Below are positions 1 to 12,635 of a stretch of DNA of 64,000 nt, piece after piece. The stretch's first letter is position 1; every line of letters begins with the position of its first letter. The notes beneath the pieces were generated by a model. The model was not told the DNA's origin, did not search any database, and saw nothing but the letters and a program-made list of their open reading frames with translations. Both the position numbers and the translations under genes were made by a program. The stretch is from assembly GCF_003918875.1 (NCBI RefSeq), contig NW_025765004.1, positions 62,001 through 126,000 on the forward strand. The letters are read 5' to 3'. Source of the stretch: Haliotis rubra. Taxonomy: Eukaryota.

Positions 1-1045
1 TCACCGGACATACGTGCACTTTCCGAGAACCCCTGGTCTCAGTGGTGATCTTCAGTGTCCCATTCATGTAACTCACCGGACATACGTGCACATTCCGAGA
101 ACCCCTGGTCTCAATGGTGATCTTCAGTGTCCCATTCATGTAACTCACCGGACATACGTGCACTTTCCGAGAACCCCTGGTCTCAATGGTGATCTTCAGT
201 GTCCCATTCATGTAACTCACCGGACATACGTGCACTTTCCGAGAACCCCTGGTCTCAATGGTGATCTTCAGTGTCCCATTCATGTAACTCACCGGACATA
301 CGTGCACTTTCCGAGAACCCCTGGTCTCAGTGGGGATCTTCAGTGTCCCATTCATGTAACTCACCGGACATACGTGCACTTTCCGAGAACCCCTGGTCTC
401 AATGGTGATCTTCAGTGTCCCATTCATGTAACTCACCGGACATACGTGCACTTTCCGAGAACCCCTGGTCTCAATGGTGATCTTCAGTGTCCCATTCATG
501 TAACTCACCGGACATACGTGCACATTCCGAGAACCCTGGTCTCAGTCACCGGGTGATCTTCAGTGTCCCATTCATGTAACTCACCGGACATACGTGCACA
601 TTCCGAGAACCCCTGGTCTCAATGGTGATCTTCAGTGTCCCATTCATGTAACTCACCGGACATACGTGCACATTCCGAGAACCCCTGGTCTCAATGGTGA
701 TCTTCAGTGTCCCATTCATGTAACTCACCGGACATACGTGCACATTCCGAGAACCCCTGGTCTCAATGGTGATCTTCAGTGATCAATTCATGTAACTCAC
801 CGGACATACGTGCACATTCCGAGAACCCCTGGTCTCAATGGTGATCTTCAGTGATCAATTCATGTAACTCACCGGACATACGTGCACTTTCCGAGAACCC
901 CTGGTCTCAATGGTGATCTTCAGTGTCCCATTCATGTAACTCACCGGATATACGTGCACATTCCGAGAACCCCTGGTCTCAATGGTGATCTTCAGTGATC
1001 AATTCATGTAACTCACCGGTTATACGTGCACATTCCGAAAACCCA
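1..1045. repeat. 72-bp tandem satellite/minisatellite (~14 copies, runs off window start)
   Basis: Unit GGACATACGTGCACTTTCCGAGAACCCCTGGTCTCAATGGTGATCTTCAGTGTCCCATTCATGTAACTCACC repeated head-to-tail; produces the 24-aa periodic ORFs in the track. Confidence 0.97.
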
Positions 1046-2798
1046 TTTGATGAGTCATGTGTCCCTCATTCGTTTCTTTTAATGTTAGGTGCATATATTA
1101 GTGACCAGATATAAAGATAGACTATGTGTCGTGATCATCCTTTTATCTTCCTTCTCTGAAGCATCAATCATACATATTCATATCACCGATTCATGTGGTT
1201 ATGTTTGCATATTGTTTAATTGATATGTTGTTTGACACTGACATACGCTGTCTCGCTTTTGATAACTATTTTGCAGTTAGTAAGAGTTTGATTTGAGCAG
1301 ATATAGGCTTCGCACAGAACACAGGGCTGAATATTTTGTTGCAGGTTTGAACCCAAGCAGAAACCATTCGCCAAATTTCAACATGGCCCTCATAACAACG
1401 CAGCTCTCTGAAAACCTTTGTGCGAATCGTACAAAAACGTGAAAACTTCTTTGAGGGACATTGGTGCGAATGCACGTTCATGATTGTGGCATAGATACTG
1501 ATGTTGGACGCATCAAGCCTGCAGTAAGCAAAACACTACCACGAATGTGGCAAAATATACGCAAGCGAAACGAGACAGGGCGATACCGAGTAGCAATCTC
1601 AAATGGTCGATACGATTGTCACATAACATACAGTCTGCTTGCTGCAAAATCGTCCCGATGAAATGGCAAATCAATATACATTCCAAAGCAATAAATCGTC
1701 TTAAATTGCATGAGAGTTAGTGAGCTGTCCATACCAAATCGTCACTTCAATGTCAGATATTGCCATGAAGAAGAGGAAAAGTTGTTTAACAAACAATCAA
1801 TGTTGGTGTTCTGAAGACTGCTGTAACAAAGGGGGGTTCAGTATATGTAGAACAACTCACCATTAGCACAATACAATCGCGCGTGTTTTGCCAACCCACT
1901 ACTGTCTTTTCAGAAATACAAGCCTGTCAAAACAAATGTCGACATCGGGAGCGTATCTTTCTACGCTAGTAGTTATTTAACGGAATATACAAGTCTATAA
2001 AATATTCTCTAAGCAATGTTAGGAATGTACTTCGTGTTGCTATTCAGATACTTATTAATAATAAGATATACAAAATGAGCTCAATCCATAATTTCAGTAC
2101 AGTACATGATGAAATGCACAGATGATCTGAAAACCCTTATATTTCACGTTTATGATTATTGTAAGTCGGAAGGGGGATGCTTATTTGCATGCTTATAGGC
2201 CTTTCTATAAAGTGCTTATTACAAGAAAGAGTTCAGCATGTCAACAAAACCAGGAACACTTAAGTCTAACAGATGGATAGTTTTCAATAAGAACTTGTAA
2301 GAAACGCAAATCGGAAGTTATTCTCTGAAAACAAGTTCATATCTTTGCAGCTGATATAGTTCTTTGTATTTCTTTTTGACGAAATACATGGTAAGTGAGC
2401 ATTCTTCAAGTGTGTCCAAGCACTGCTTCTGGGATCTTTTGCTCTGTTTTGGGTACTGATATAATAAAATTGCGAGAGACAGCAAGCATGTGTTATGTGA
2501 ACGGAAGGATGTAGTGCCTCTGAGAAACATTTACCTGCGAACAATTCGCATGAAATGGAAACAGAGATATGAGGTGATTTACCTAAATGTACCAGTGGTC
2601 ATGTCATGTTGTGAAACATTAGTGGGTTTCATCAGATGTGAAGGCCTCCAGTAAGCTACCTTCAGGTAAAGGTGAGAGAATGATCCTTTTGCATGCAGGA
2701 TGTAAAGGAACAGAATATTTCTTCCAGGATGTGCTGTGGTATGTCCTCCCAAACCCAAAGATAACCAAGATTATCATAATGAAATGAACAGTCATGTC

Positions 2799-3105
2799 AG
2801 TAGTATGGCATGGGACACAAGACAGTACTTTTCGTTGAGGGAGGTTGAGGGAAGGTTAAGGGAAATTCATTGGCTGATCCAAGTCACGTGGTCATAGCTG
2901 ATGCATAGGTAAATGTAGGCAGGACGTCACAGGTCGGGAAAGGTCAATGAAAGGTGGGTGTTTTAATGCAGACATGTTTTCTTATAGAAAACCCTTTATA
3001 AGACGTAAAAAACAAAAGCAAAGTGTAATGAATAGAGCTATGTATAACGTGCTGCCCTGAATAGACAGACAACACTTGTCATCCCAGTTTGAATTCAGCG
3101 CGTTT
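2799..3105 (+). repeat. Left terminal inverted repeat of the Polinton-like element
   Basis: Reverse-complement match to 12636-12930, e.g. GGGAAATTCATTGGCTGATCCAAGTCACGTGGTCATAGCTGATGCATAGGTAAATGTAGGC. Confidence 0.93.
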
Positions 3106-6032
3106 GACAACTCACGTGACCCTATATTCAAATAGCCCACGCTCGACACAGTGTGCGTCCTGTTTTGATGAATACAGGGTGTGTGTTGAAAGTACATCAT
3201 ACCACAATAGAGACGGGTTGTATCAACATGGCTCGGGAGTAGGAATCTTCAAGTCATGAAAATGTAGTTCAATAAATTTCATACAGAACGTGTCCTGTAC
3301 AAGTATAACACCATGAAAGTAGTGGACAGTTGTTATGTTTAATGCTATCCAGATAGTTCATACCAGCTTTTTCCGTTCAAATGTAATGTGATGAAAAGTT
3401 TGATTTTGACCCATGTAATCTAACATGATGTATACGGTTTTAGTTTTACTTCAGGACTACATTCAGAGCGTGATATTTTAAAAATAAAAGGTTCGAAATA
3501 CACATGGATAGAAACATATCATTTAGAAAACTGATTAGTCATGTAGCAGTGTAACAGTATGAAGCTAGGTTTGTTGTGAAAGAGACAGAAGCAATCGATC
3601 AGACACATAGAGGCGAGCAAAGTGTTTCATGTTTACAATAATCACCCTTAATTCGACGAGAGAACACATTTTAACATGGACATTTTAAACACGAGGAAAA
3701 TGTTTCATTGGAAAAAATATGTGGAAGCAGGTTTATGCATAGCTAGTGAGTAGCAGATAGACTAAGCGACTGACCGTCCATAACAATGTCAACATACCGG
3801 CCTAATAATGTCAACGTACCGGCCTCGCCTACCAGTGAAGCTTCTCATTCATAAATTGTGTGACCAGTGTACCGTATTTATTATATGTTAGGGAAGATGT
3901 GTTGTACATTTCTTATTTTTAAAGGGAGTTATTTCAGAGAGGCCAAGGGTATTCCCCTCATTAAACCTTTGTTTTTGTTGTTGTTGTGTGTGTGTATTAA
4001 ATGTAACCGGTATTTAATACATTTGAATGAATTGCGGTAATGTAGGAATGTATGTGTGTGTAGATTTTATACATATATCTGAGCATGAATGTATGACACC
4101 TTTCAATAGATCAATTACGGTTCTAACCACTACATTAAACATTACTATGAGTGTGGTTAGCAGTTCATATTTATAAACACATCATAAGTAACAGATTTCG
4201 GATGAATGAACTCGCCCGCACACATGTCTAAGGTCAACATAACTCTGGGTATTTTCAGACCATCGGACTGTAAACAGTTACACATTGATAACAGGAGGGT
4301 GTAGCGTTTGTGTGGAATGCACTCATCCTTGTAAAGGTAAATCCATGTAAAATACGTGTTTAAACTCACAATTTAAATGATTACATTACTTTTAGATGTA
4401 TTGGTATGAATGGGAGGCTCGTAGATCTGTGAAGTTTGTGTCGATGTCTGTCTAGGGACTACACATATTATCATCGAGGTATATGAAGATCATATTCTAT
4501 GCAAAAACTGACAAAACAAACAATCCATTCATATCATTTATTGATTCAAGTCAATCGGTTCAATGCAAAGCTGTGATGTACGAATGGACAATAGGATTCA
4601 CTCTGGAACATTAAAGTCAACAGTTCAGTCACTTTATACACATGCTGCTGCTTCAGGGTGCGATTGTTTAAACAGCAAGTCCATGTTTTGAAACACATTT
4701 CGCACTGTTGAATGATCAGTTCACCTTTCCTATGCTGTTTTAAGGTTGAATGGTTATCTATAGTCTATGATTTATCCATTGCCTTTAAAGATTTCCGTCC
4801 AGGGGGTCCCAGTTTCACAACTCCTCTTATGTAGAGGGAAATTCGGCGTTTCTTATCGTTCAAACACCTCACTTTATGAGGTGTTTTTAAAATATGAATC
4901 AAACTAGACGTGCAGCGTTGACTCGACATTCTCTTCTGACTGTTAGAGTGATATATTAATGACCGGTATTTATTTCCTCAAACATTCTCCTCCATGTCAT
5001 CCTCCCTCCCTCACTCCCTTCACTCCTTATCCCCTCAACCCAGCGTGCTGCCCCCCAAGTCTCCTTAGAAATAAGCAAGTCAAGATCAGCTTGTGAATAA
5101 ACCATTCCTCTGAAGGCTCCCTTTCAAGTATCCACGGTTATACATGAATATCAGCCTGCCGCCCCTCCAACCCTCTCTCCTTAGGCTTTTGTGATCTGTT
5201 GCTTACAGTTCAGTTCAAGATGTCTTACCTGTGTGATGCATGTTCTGGCCTGCTGCCCATGGAAGCCAACGGTGAAGACCATCAATGATTATTTACCGGT
5301 GTGTATTGTAAGACCAAATCAAAATACACATACCATCGGTTTTTAATGCATAGTCACAAATGTGCTGTGAAGAGAAGAGCGTCTTCTAAGATTCCCTCAT
5401 GCACGTGTAAGACAGTATAAACTCTATGGTAGTGTAGCCTGACAAACAGTTTAACTCTCGCCAGCAAACGGATTGGACGTGAACAACATGAAGAAAGCAT
5501 CAGTGATTAGACTTGACCCTAGAGATATATTTAGGAAGACCACGTTGAGAAAATCACAACAGAGAAAGAAACCACAACCATGATGACAAAGAAGAGACAG
5601 GTAACACCTAAAATGAAAACGGTGACAACCCAGAAGGGACAGAAGACAACAACCCATGAAAAGATGATATATGACACAGATGCAAGCTGAAGTGAATCAG
5701 GCAAAAGCTGCTTTGAAACGAGCGTAAGCTGACTTGAAACGTCAACAGTATAAACGAAGCCTGGTAATCTGGACACTTGTATAGGATCACGATGGGAGTA
5801 ACTACCTGTCTGGACTGTGGGAAGATAATCTACAGAGACATTGGAAGCAGTCACATAGATCCACTCCAAACGTACCTCCTCCTTCTCTGGATAACAACGC
5901 CCCTCCTGTAGGTAATGACCCTCCTCAAGAGAGACACCCTCCTTCTCAAGAGAGACACCTACCTCCTCCTCAAGAGAAACATTCTCCTCCTCAAGACAGA
6001 GACGCCCTCCTCCTCCTCTTCCTCGCCAGCAG

Positions 6033-6511
6033 CAAGAACGGTTCAAGTTTCTGATTCCCTCGAATGCACTCGTTGTGGGACCCAGTGGCTGTGGAAAGTC
6101 TGTGTTTACCTCTCATGTGCTCCGACATGGCCTGATCCAACCCCAACCTACCCGCATTGTTTGGTGTTATACTCAATGGCAGCCATTATATCAGGACATC
6201 AGCGAGCAGCTGCCTCAGCTGACCTTTGTAAAAGGAATTCCCTACGATATCTTGGACGAGGATTACTTTGATGCTGGCCAACGGAATGTGTTGGTCCTGG
6301 GTGAATTCCTGGCTGAAGCAAAGGAAGACGAGTGTATTTCCCGGCTGTTTACTCAAACCTCCCATCACAAGAATGTATTGATCTTTCTCTTGGTACAAAA
6401 TTTGTCTCCGACAGGTAAACAATCGAGAGCCATTGCTTTGAATGCACATTATGTCAGCCTGTTTCATTCCCCCATAGAGAAACAGCAAATCAAACTCTTC
6501 ACTCGTAGAAT
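6033..6511 (+). pseudogene. Polinton A32-like DNA packaging ATPase, N-terminal part
   Basis: Reads FKFLIPSNALVVGPSGCGKS (Walker A), IVWCYTQWQPLY, a degenerate Walker B (LVLGEFL instead of DD), LFTQTSHHKN, QNL, LNAHYVSLF. Truncated at the nested insertion. Confidence 0.88.
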
Positions 6512-6608
6512 TAACGGATCGCCAGTGGAGAGTTAACCACACCCCCAAAAGAAAGGGAGATAGCTCTGAAAAGGTCCGACAATATAGCTGTCGAACCCAA
6601 CTGTCAAA

Positions 6609-9600
6609 ATGGCAGTCGTGATATCGTTTAGAGACATTCCCGATGATATTGGCCCTAAATATCTGCCTTATGAACTAACTTTGCGGCAAACACAACGTGG
6701 AGTGGCTTTTAGTTCGGCCTCATACCTTCATTCCGTTACTTTCCATTCATGTTGTGATAATATCGTGTCGATTTGCGGGAGGATTTATAGAAGTCAACGG
6801 AAAACCGAAGCTCCTCATGTAATCAACTTGTCCCTTGACAGAATTCACAAATCGTTCACTGACGCCTATTGTAGCTGCAAATGTGGGTGAGTAGTACACG
6901 AAATAACGTCGGGTGCCTTTCCAATTGATGGCATAAATCTGTTGGGGTTTTATAAGCGGCATATATAGATAGCAAATCAATTACACGTCTGTGTGCTGGC
7001 CGTTTCAGTTGTTGACAATGAAACCCATGTTATCCCATATAATTACGTTAAATTTCTATCATCGTGAAAGAAACAGATTCTGTAATAAATGTAAGAGGTA
7101 AATGTAATATCTGTTATTAGGCATTGCTGGAATAAAACCATGTAAATGTATTTTCTTCTCAATTATATAATATATTCCTGCTATCAATCACAGTTCTGTA
7201 ACAAATTTATTCACCCAATTCTCTTCAATGCAAGTGGAAAGTGTTCCCATGTACTGGCACTTGTCCTGATACTGGAAGGCTGGAAGATATCAGGCTATCA
7301 AGTCATTCCTTCACAGCCCTCTTCCACTAGCCTGCCTCAGCAGTGGGATAAACCAAGGGAACCAAAGATTGAATCTGAAGCAGTGTCACATAATTATTGC
7401 CAGGCCTGGAAATCTCAATAGGAAAAGGAAACCTGTGATGGCCACATTCAATGACAACAGGTGATGTAATTATATATATAAAGTTTTATTACAGATTCTG
7501 AACTTGTTTTATGAAAATGATGTATCATAATGCAAGCATTACCTATATGACATTTTTACTCCATGATCATCAGATCATAGAAAATACTCATCACAGTTTA
7601 GAAAGCAATATCAGATGACTATTGAGCAGTTGTTTGCATAAATATTAAAGTTCAGTTAAGTGAACAAGGAACAAGAGCATGTACAAAATATTCATTGACA
7701 TTGCAAGTTTTTAACATACACAAATACAATATTTGTGACTAATACCTTTTGTACTTGCAGGAAAGTTCAAATACAGGAGTCGGACATGTCTCTGCTGCAC
7801 ACAACGAAGGGATTTGCTATTTCATACCTGACAGATACATGTACCAGCACCAGTCAGACAGTTGACACACCAATAGGTCCTCAGGTTGTTGGATCAACTC
7901 TTGGACATCAAGTAATTAATCTTTATCTTGAATTAAATATGGCATAAAATTGGTCAAGAAACAGCACACAAACCAAATTTGATTTACTGAGGAAAACAAA
8001 CTTAAATGCAATTTCTTACCAACAATTTTGAATTTTTTTACCCTTCCAATGGCATTTTCGACCACCACTCTGTGTGTTGCAATTTTCACTGTTTCTGCCA
8101 CATCAGACACACACATCTGACCTATACCTAGTGCAAAAGGGGAAATGTTGAGGCGTAATCCAGTTGCCCTTATTTCCTTTTCAATATTAAAGCCCTTGTC
8201 TGCCATCAGACCATCTCCCACTTTAAGTTTCCTACACTTAACCATTTCTCTGAGGAGGGACAGATAACCACTTTTTTCAGTTAATTCTTTGTCTGATATC
8301 GCCCCAGAAAACAGCATTGATATGAATGTAATTGAACCTCTTGGGTCCACACCAATGAGACCTTTCAGGGTAGTACTTGATTTGTAATCTGAATATGCTT
8401 GACTTTGCCTTGTCAGTGAAGAGGGTCTCTGAATTTTTATTTCTGTTCCATCAATCATACTGAAAGTGTTTGGAAATTCCTGGCGAAATTTTGAAGGCAT
8501 GTGTTGCTGCAAAACATCACGGTGAGGCCAAATTGACACAGATCCAAACCTGTAATATAAATAATTTATCCAATTTGAAAACGCAGTACTGCAATCTTTG
8601 GGTGATATCAGAAACAACTTTGAGAGATGTTTAAAATCAAAATTCTGTCTAAGTTTAATCAGAACAAGCAAAAGCTGGTCTTCAAGACCCATACACTTCA
8701 AACTGCCAACTGTTCTGGTAAACTGAAACGGTTCATCATCAGCATTGCCAGGGACAACAAATTAAAATATTTTCTGAAACTGTTCGTAGGGAAATCCTGT
8801 GTAATACTTGTAATTCTTTTTCTCTATATTTTTACAAAAAGAATACACATCATGCTTAACATTTTTAGCACTAATTTTGGTGTTGATCTGCTGGGCACGC
8901 ATGAGCTTCTCCTTTTCTATGAACCGGTTTGGCCATATTGTTCTCTGCAGCTAGAGCCAGCATATCCAGTGGCAGAGGACCTGTAAAAGCAATTACAACT
9001 GTTTCAAGCAATAATACATTCTACAGAGAAGATATGATCTGGCTAGTTTAGGGCACCAAACCCATTATTAAGCCTGAAACAGACTTACCTATTATCAATC
9101 TGACTTGTTGTAATGTTTAGAAAATGCTTTGCACACAAAAGAATAAGTTAAGAATGAACACATAGCACCCACAACATACTTGTTTCAATTTGAGATTTAA
9201 GAAGTAAAACAGCCTTATTACCTCCCTTGTATGAAACTAAGTGTGAATAAACTGGCTTCTTCTCTTTACAGGCACCCTTAATTAGACCAATAGTGGTTCC
9301 AAAGATGGAGGACAGGTGCGGAGATGTCACATTTCCAAAAGATGACAACTTACCCGAACTGGATTCAATTGCAACTTTAAAACATCAGTGGAAAGATTTA
9401 GAACTTTCAGTTGACGAGAGTCCCATAATTTAGAAAAAAATACAAGATCTCAAAGCAAGTCTGATTTGTGGTACAAAGCGAGGAAAGGGCGAATTACTGC
9501 TTCAAACTTTGGTCTGCTTATGACTTGCAAAAAACACATCAATGACACATTTATCAGAAACACCTTTGACAAAAAGAAATTTTCCTCCAATCCAACAACT

Positions 9601-10056
9601 TATGGGAATTCTAATGAGAAAATAGCTAAACAAATGTACATGAAAAAAACTCAAAATCATCTTCATGACATTGGCTTTGTTGTAAACCCATCTATTCCAT
9701 TTATAGGAGCCACCCCTGATGCTATAGTGTGTGACACTTTTGTTTCTGGTATTGTGGAAATTAAGTGTCCTTATGCTGTAAGGGACTTGACCATTAATGA
9801 AGCCTCCTGTATGACTGGTTTCTTTTTGAACAAAGAAGGCAAATATTACAACTTGAAGAGAGGTGATAGGCATTGGTATCAGGTACAGGGCCAACTACTT
9901 GTAACTGGGGCACCATTTTGTGACTTTGTAACCTACACCAGACAAGACTTTAACATTGAACGGATATATCCAGATAGGAATACCTTCAGGACTCTGCTTG
10001 AAACTCTGTCACAAACATATGTCAATCACGTCAAACCATACTTTGCAGGGAAATAA
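6609..10056 (+). pseudogene. SWIM zinc finger + YqaJ/lambda-exonuclease-like gene of the ISL2EU element; exons ~6609-6886, ~7229-7460, 7761-7911, 9272-10056
   Basis: AYCSCKCG|(AS)GKCSHVLAL forms the SWIM CxC..CxH. Also TSLPQQWDKPR, WYKARKGRITASNFG, GATPDAIV, VEIKCPY, WYQVQGQL. Donors and acceptors are in compatible phases; the intron 1 acceptor appears mutated. Frameshifts near 7390 and 9425. Confidence 0.88.
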
Positions 10057-11848
10057 ACTTCATAAAAAATTACCCATGGTGCCACTTTGTTGGACAAGAA
10101 TATCAGATTCCTGCTGCATGGTTGTAGGCTCTGGATGTTCCATATCCGTCTGATTTGGTGAATCAGAAATATCTGTATCATGATTACATCTGAAAAAGAA
10201 GATGAAGACCAAATTATCTTATACCTGAACCTCAAATGTGTTACAGCCTTTAAATGGTTACCATCTTTGTTCATTTCCTATAACTTTTTGATTACCTATC
10301 AGGACTATTTATGCCTGGATTAACTTTTCTAATATATGTGTTTATTGCTATTACAATTCAGCGATAAATAACTTTTTTGGCTTCACTTGTTAAGTGCCCA
10401 CAGTTGACATCATATCGCTTAGTTGTTTCACATGTAATATTGCCATCTGCTTCCCTAGTTTTATTCGTCTCCCAGCTGATGAAGGAGTAAGAATATATTC
10501 TATGATGGATCCTCAGGAAATAACCAGTATGAATGGACTAGTTCTTGTGGATATTGGACCATCTGATTCATACATTATCTCTATATTTGAGAAGTCATCT
10601 TTTCTGTATGAAATATGAGCAATCTATGGATAGGGACTAGTGGCTGTGTCTGGCCATGCCTCTGACTGAGTTGAGTTTTTACGCCACTTTTAGCAATATT
10701 CCAGCAACATCACGGCGGGGACCCAGAAATGGGCTTCACCCATGTAAAAAATACATCTATCAATGTGTAAATTAATGTTGTATTTAAACATATTTAAAAA
10801 GAACCACTGTCGTGGCTGATCTTAGTGGTTACAGGAAATGTCCACGTTGATGTATTAATATTTATGATGGATTGGAATGAATACTTTGAATCCTTTAGAG
10901 TTATTGTGTATTATCACTCAATATTAGCCCTCAGTGAAACACAGTTTTGACAATTAGATTTTTATCAGTCCCTGCAGGTGACATCATCCCTTCATATGCT
11001 TATATGAATAGAACTTGAGTATGATTGTGATCTTGTGATGCATGTGATACTTCTGTCTTTTCGTAACTACAAAGGATCTAAATGTGTGACATTACCTTTA
11101 CTAATTATAACTTTCTGTGATACTCTCAGAATAAACAAGGATTTGTTTGATTTTTATATTTCAATGGTTTTGTCGTGTTTTGAGCAGTAAGTATAAAGGC
11201 AACAATGTTCTACCTGTGTGTTTCAAGAAGAACTTTCCTTTTCCCGTCCCCCATAAATGGCAAGCGTGGTTTGGGTCGTGGTCTTACTGTCTTTGGATTT
11301 TCATTTTGTTCATGAGGTAGTGCAGACGCAGGGTCCGGAAATGTCTTGGAGGGTTTTCCATCAACAAAGTGCTGTAAATAAGCTCGCATTTATTAGTTGA
11401 TAGAAACAACGATAAACAACATGGATGTATCTGAAATCGTATGCTCAAACACAGACACCCTCTGTCCTTGACATACCACGCGGTGGAACATTAGTAACTA
11501 AATCAGTGAAAATCGGTGTAAACTGGTTATATAACAACTATAAAGCACTGAAAGTCTACCAAGTCAAAGATTTCTAAATTTGCATTAACTTCAACATTGG
11601 TTAATATGTTATTCAATTTTAGTTTCCATACCTTTGTACATACGAAGAAATGTTTTCCTCGGCTGTGGTCACGAAGTATGTCCATGTTTCAGTTGATACT
11701 TGGGGCGACCACACAAACGTATCCATCGTTGACATTTGTCAAAATTTCTGGCAGGCTTGGGAAATGGAATAAACGTGATACCACCAGCAAGACGTTCCGG
11801 GTACCGCGTGTCCGAGTTGCAGGTACCCCAGCTACACCTTTTCACCAT
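7916..11848 (-). pseudogene. THAP-HTH-DDE transposase of the ISL2EU element; exons 11848-11632, 11371-11214, (middle exons uncertain), ~8980-7916
   Basis: THAP: MVKRCSWGTCNS...FPKP...CQRWIRLCGR...VCTK|HF. Then KYYTGF, HTH LEDQLLLVLIKLRQNFDFKHLSKLF, and catalytic IDGTE, MADKGF, RVVVENAIGRVK. A frameshift near 11688 and an in-frame stop near 8762 indicate inactivation. Confidence 0.9.
10665..10745 (-). mobile_element. Truncated SINE (3' part) inside the ISL2EU element
   Basis: TTTTACGCCACTTTTAGCAATATTCCAGCAACATCACGGCGGGG matches the reverse complement of the SINE at 37176-37346. Confidence 0.75.
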
Positions 11849-12020
11849 GATCAAAAAGTTGACTGTGAACGTCGATTTATTTTTGAAAAGTCCGCCAGAC
11901 CGCTGATGTCGGACAAAATGGTGGTCAGCTGTCAGCTGACGGCAACGCGATGCGGATTGAATAATTTGACGTTTCTCGTTGGTCATGTCATTTGTTTGAT
12001 TGACAGGTGGCGATACATTA

Positions 12021-12150
12021 ATTCCCCGAACATATGGATCACTTTATGGCAATGTATGAAGAGGCTGCTGAAACACCCTATGGACAATTCATCATTGATC
12101 TTAAACCTACCACCAAAGATAAGGATCGACTGCAGGTCAATCTCATAAAC
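12021..12150 (+). pseudogene. Polinton packaging ATPase, C-terminal part
   Basis: FPEHMDHFMAMYEEAAETPYGQFIIDLKPTTKDKDRLQVNL matches the typical C-terminus of this family (FP...YEDAT..PYGYL.IDL) and continues the 6033-6511 fragment. Confidence 0.85.
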
Positions 12151-12635
12151 GAGGAAAATGGGCAAGTCAAAGCTCAGTCTGAACCTGATCTGCCTAGGGA
12201 CAAGTTGACTACAACAGAATCTCTGGATAGTCCTCTGACTCAAGAAGAGAGACTGCCCCAACATCAGCTGACTCAAATTGAAACTGATTCAGACACGAGT
12301 AGTGAGACATCATTGACTATGGCCACGGCTTGTGCAGATTGCGGGTGCTGATATATAACATGCACGATCTACAGTGACATATCAAACATTGCTGTCGAGC
12401 CAATAGCCTTCAACCTAAGAGAAAGCGCGCCAGACTTGAGAGTGATGACAATGACAGTGACTATGACGACCTAGCCTCTTCCCAGAAAGGCAGTGATCCT
12501 GCCGTCAAACCTCCTTGTGGGAAGCCAACATTCTCTGATATGGAAGCCGAGGAGTGGCAAAATGTAGGCTCACAACGCATCTGGAAGCAGGTGTAGATGG
12601 GTGTAGGTGTAGCAGGACAAGATGAAACTGCAGAG

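Larger units (their letters stand above)
6512..12020. mobile_element. ISL2EU-type DNA transposon (PIF/Harbinger-related) nested in the Polinton ATPase
   Basis: 13-bp imperfect TIRs TAACGGATCGCCA / TAATGTATCGCCA (reverse complement of the right end), flanked by AT on both sides. Encodes a THAP+HTH+DDE_Tnp_4-type transposase and a SWIM+YqaJ exonuclease, the two-gene set known for ISL2EU. Confidence 0.88.

Noticed and set aside
1-1045. ORFs with a 24-aa repeat (HFPRTPGLNGDLQCPIHVTHRTYV) as a protein; the array as a CRISPR
   Set aside because: The ORFs result from a 72-bp unit lacking stops in some frames. There are no unique spacers or cas genes, and the context is eukaryotic.
5531-6271. ORFs with EEEVSL / LLKRDT repeats
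   Set aside because: Alternative frames of a short imperfect CCTCCTCAAGAGAGACAC tandem repeat upstream of the ATPase; no independent coding evidence.
9466-10056. Phage or herpesvirus exonuclease acquired by recent horizontal transfer
   Set aside because: It is the last exon of an intron-containing SWIM-YqaJ gene inside an ISL2EU element, a known component of that group.
6511-12021. piggyBac-like insertion with TTAA TSD
   Set aside because: TTAA occurs at both ends, but the transposase is Harbinger/ISL2-type and collapsing TTAA does not restore the ATPase frame.
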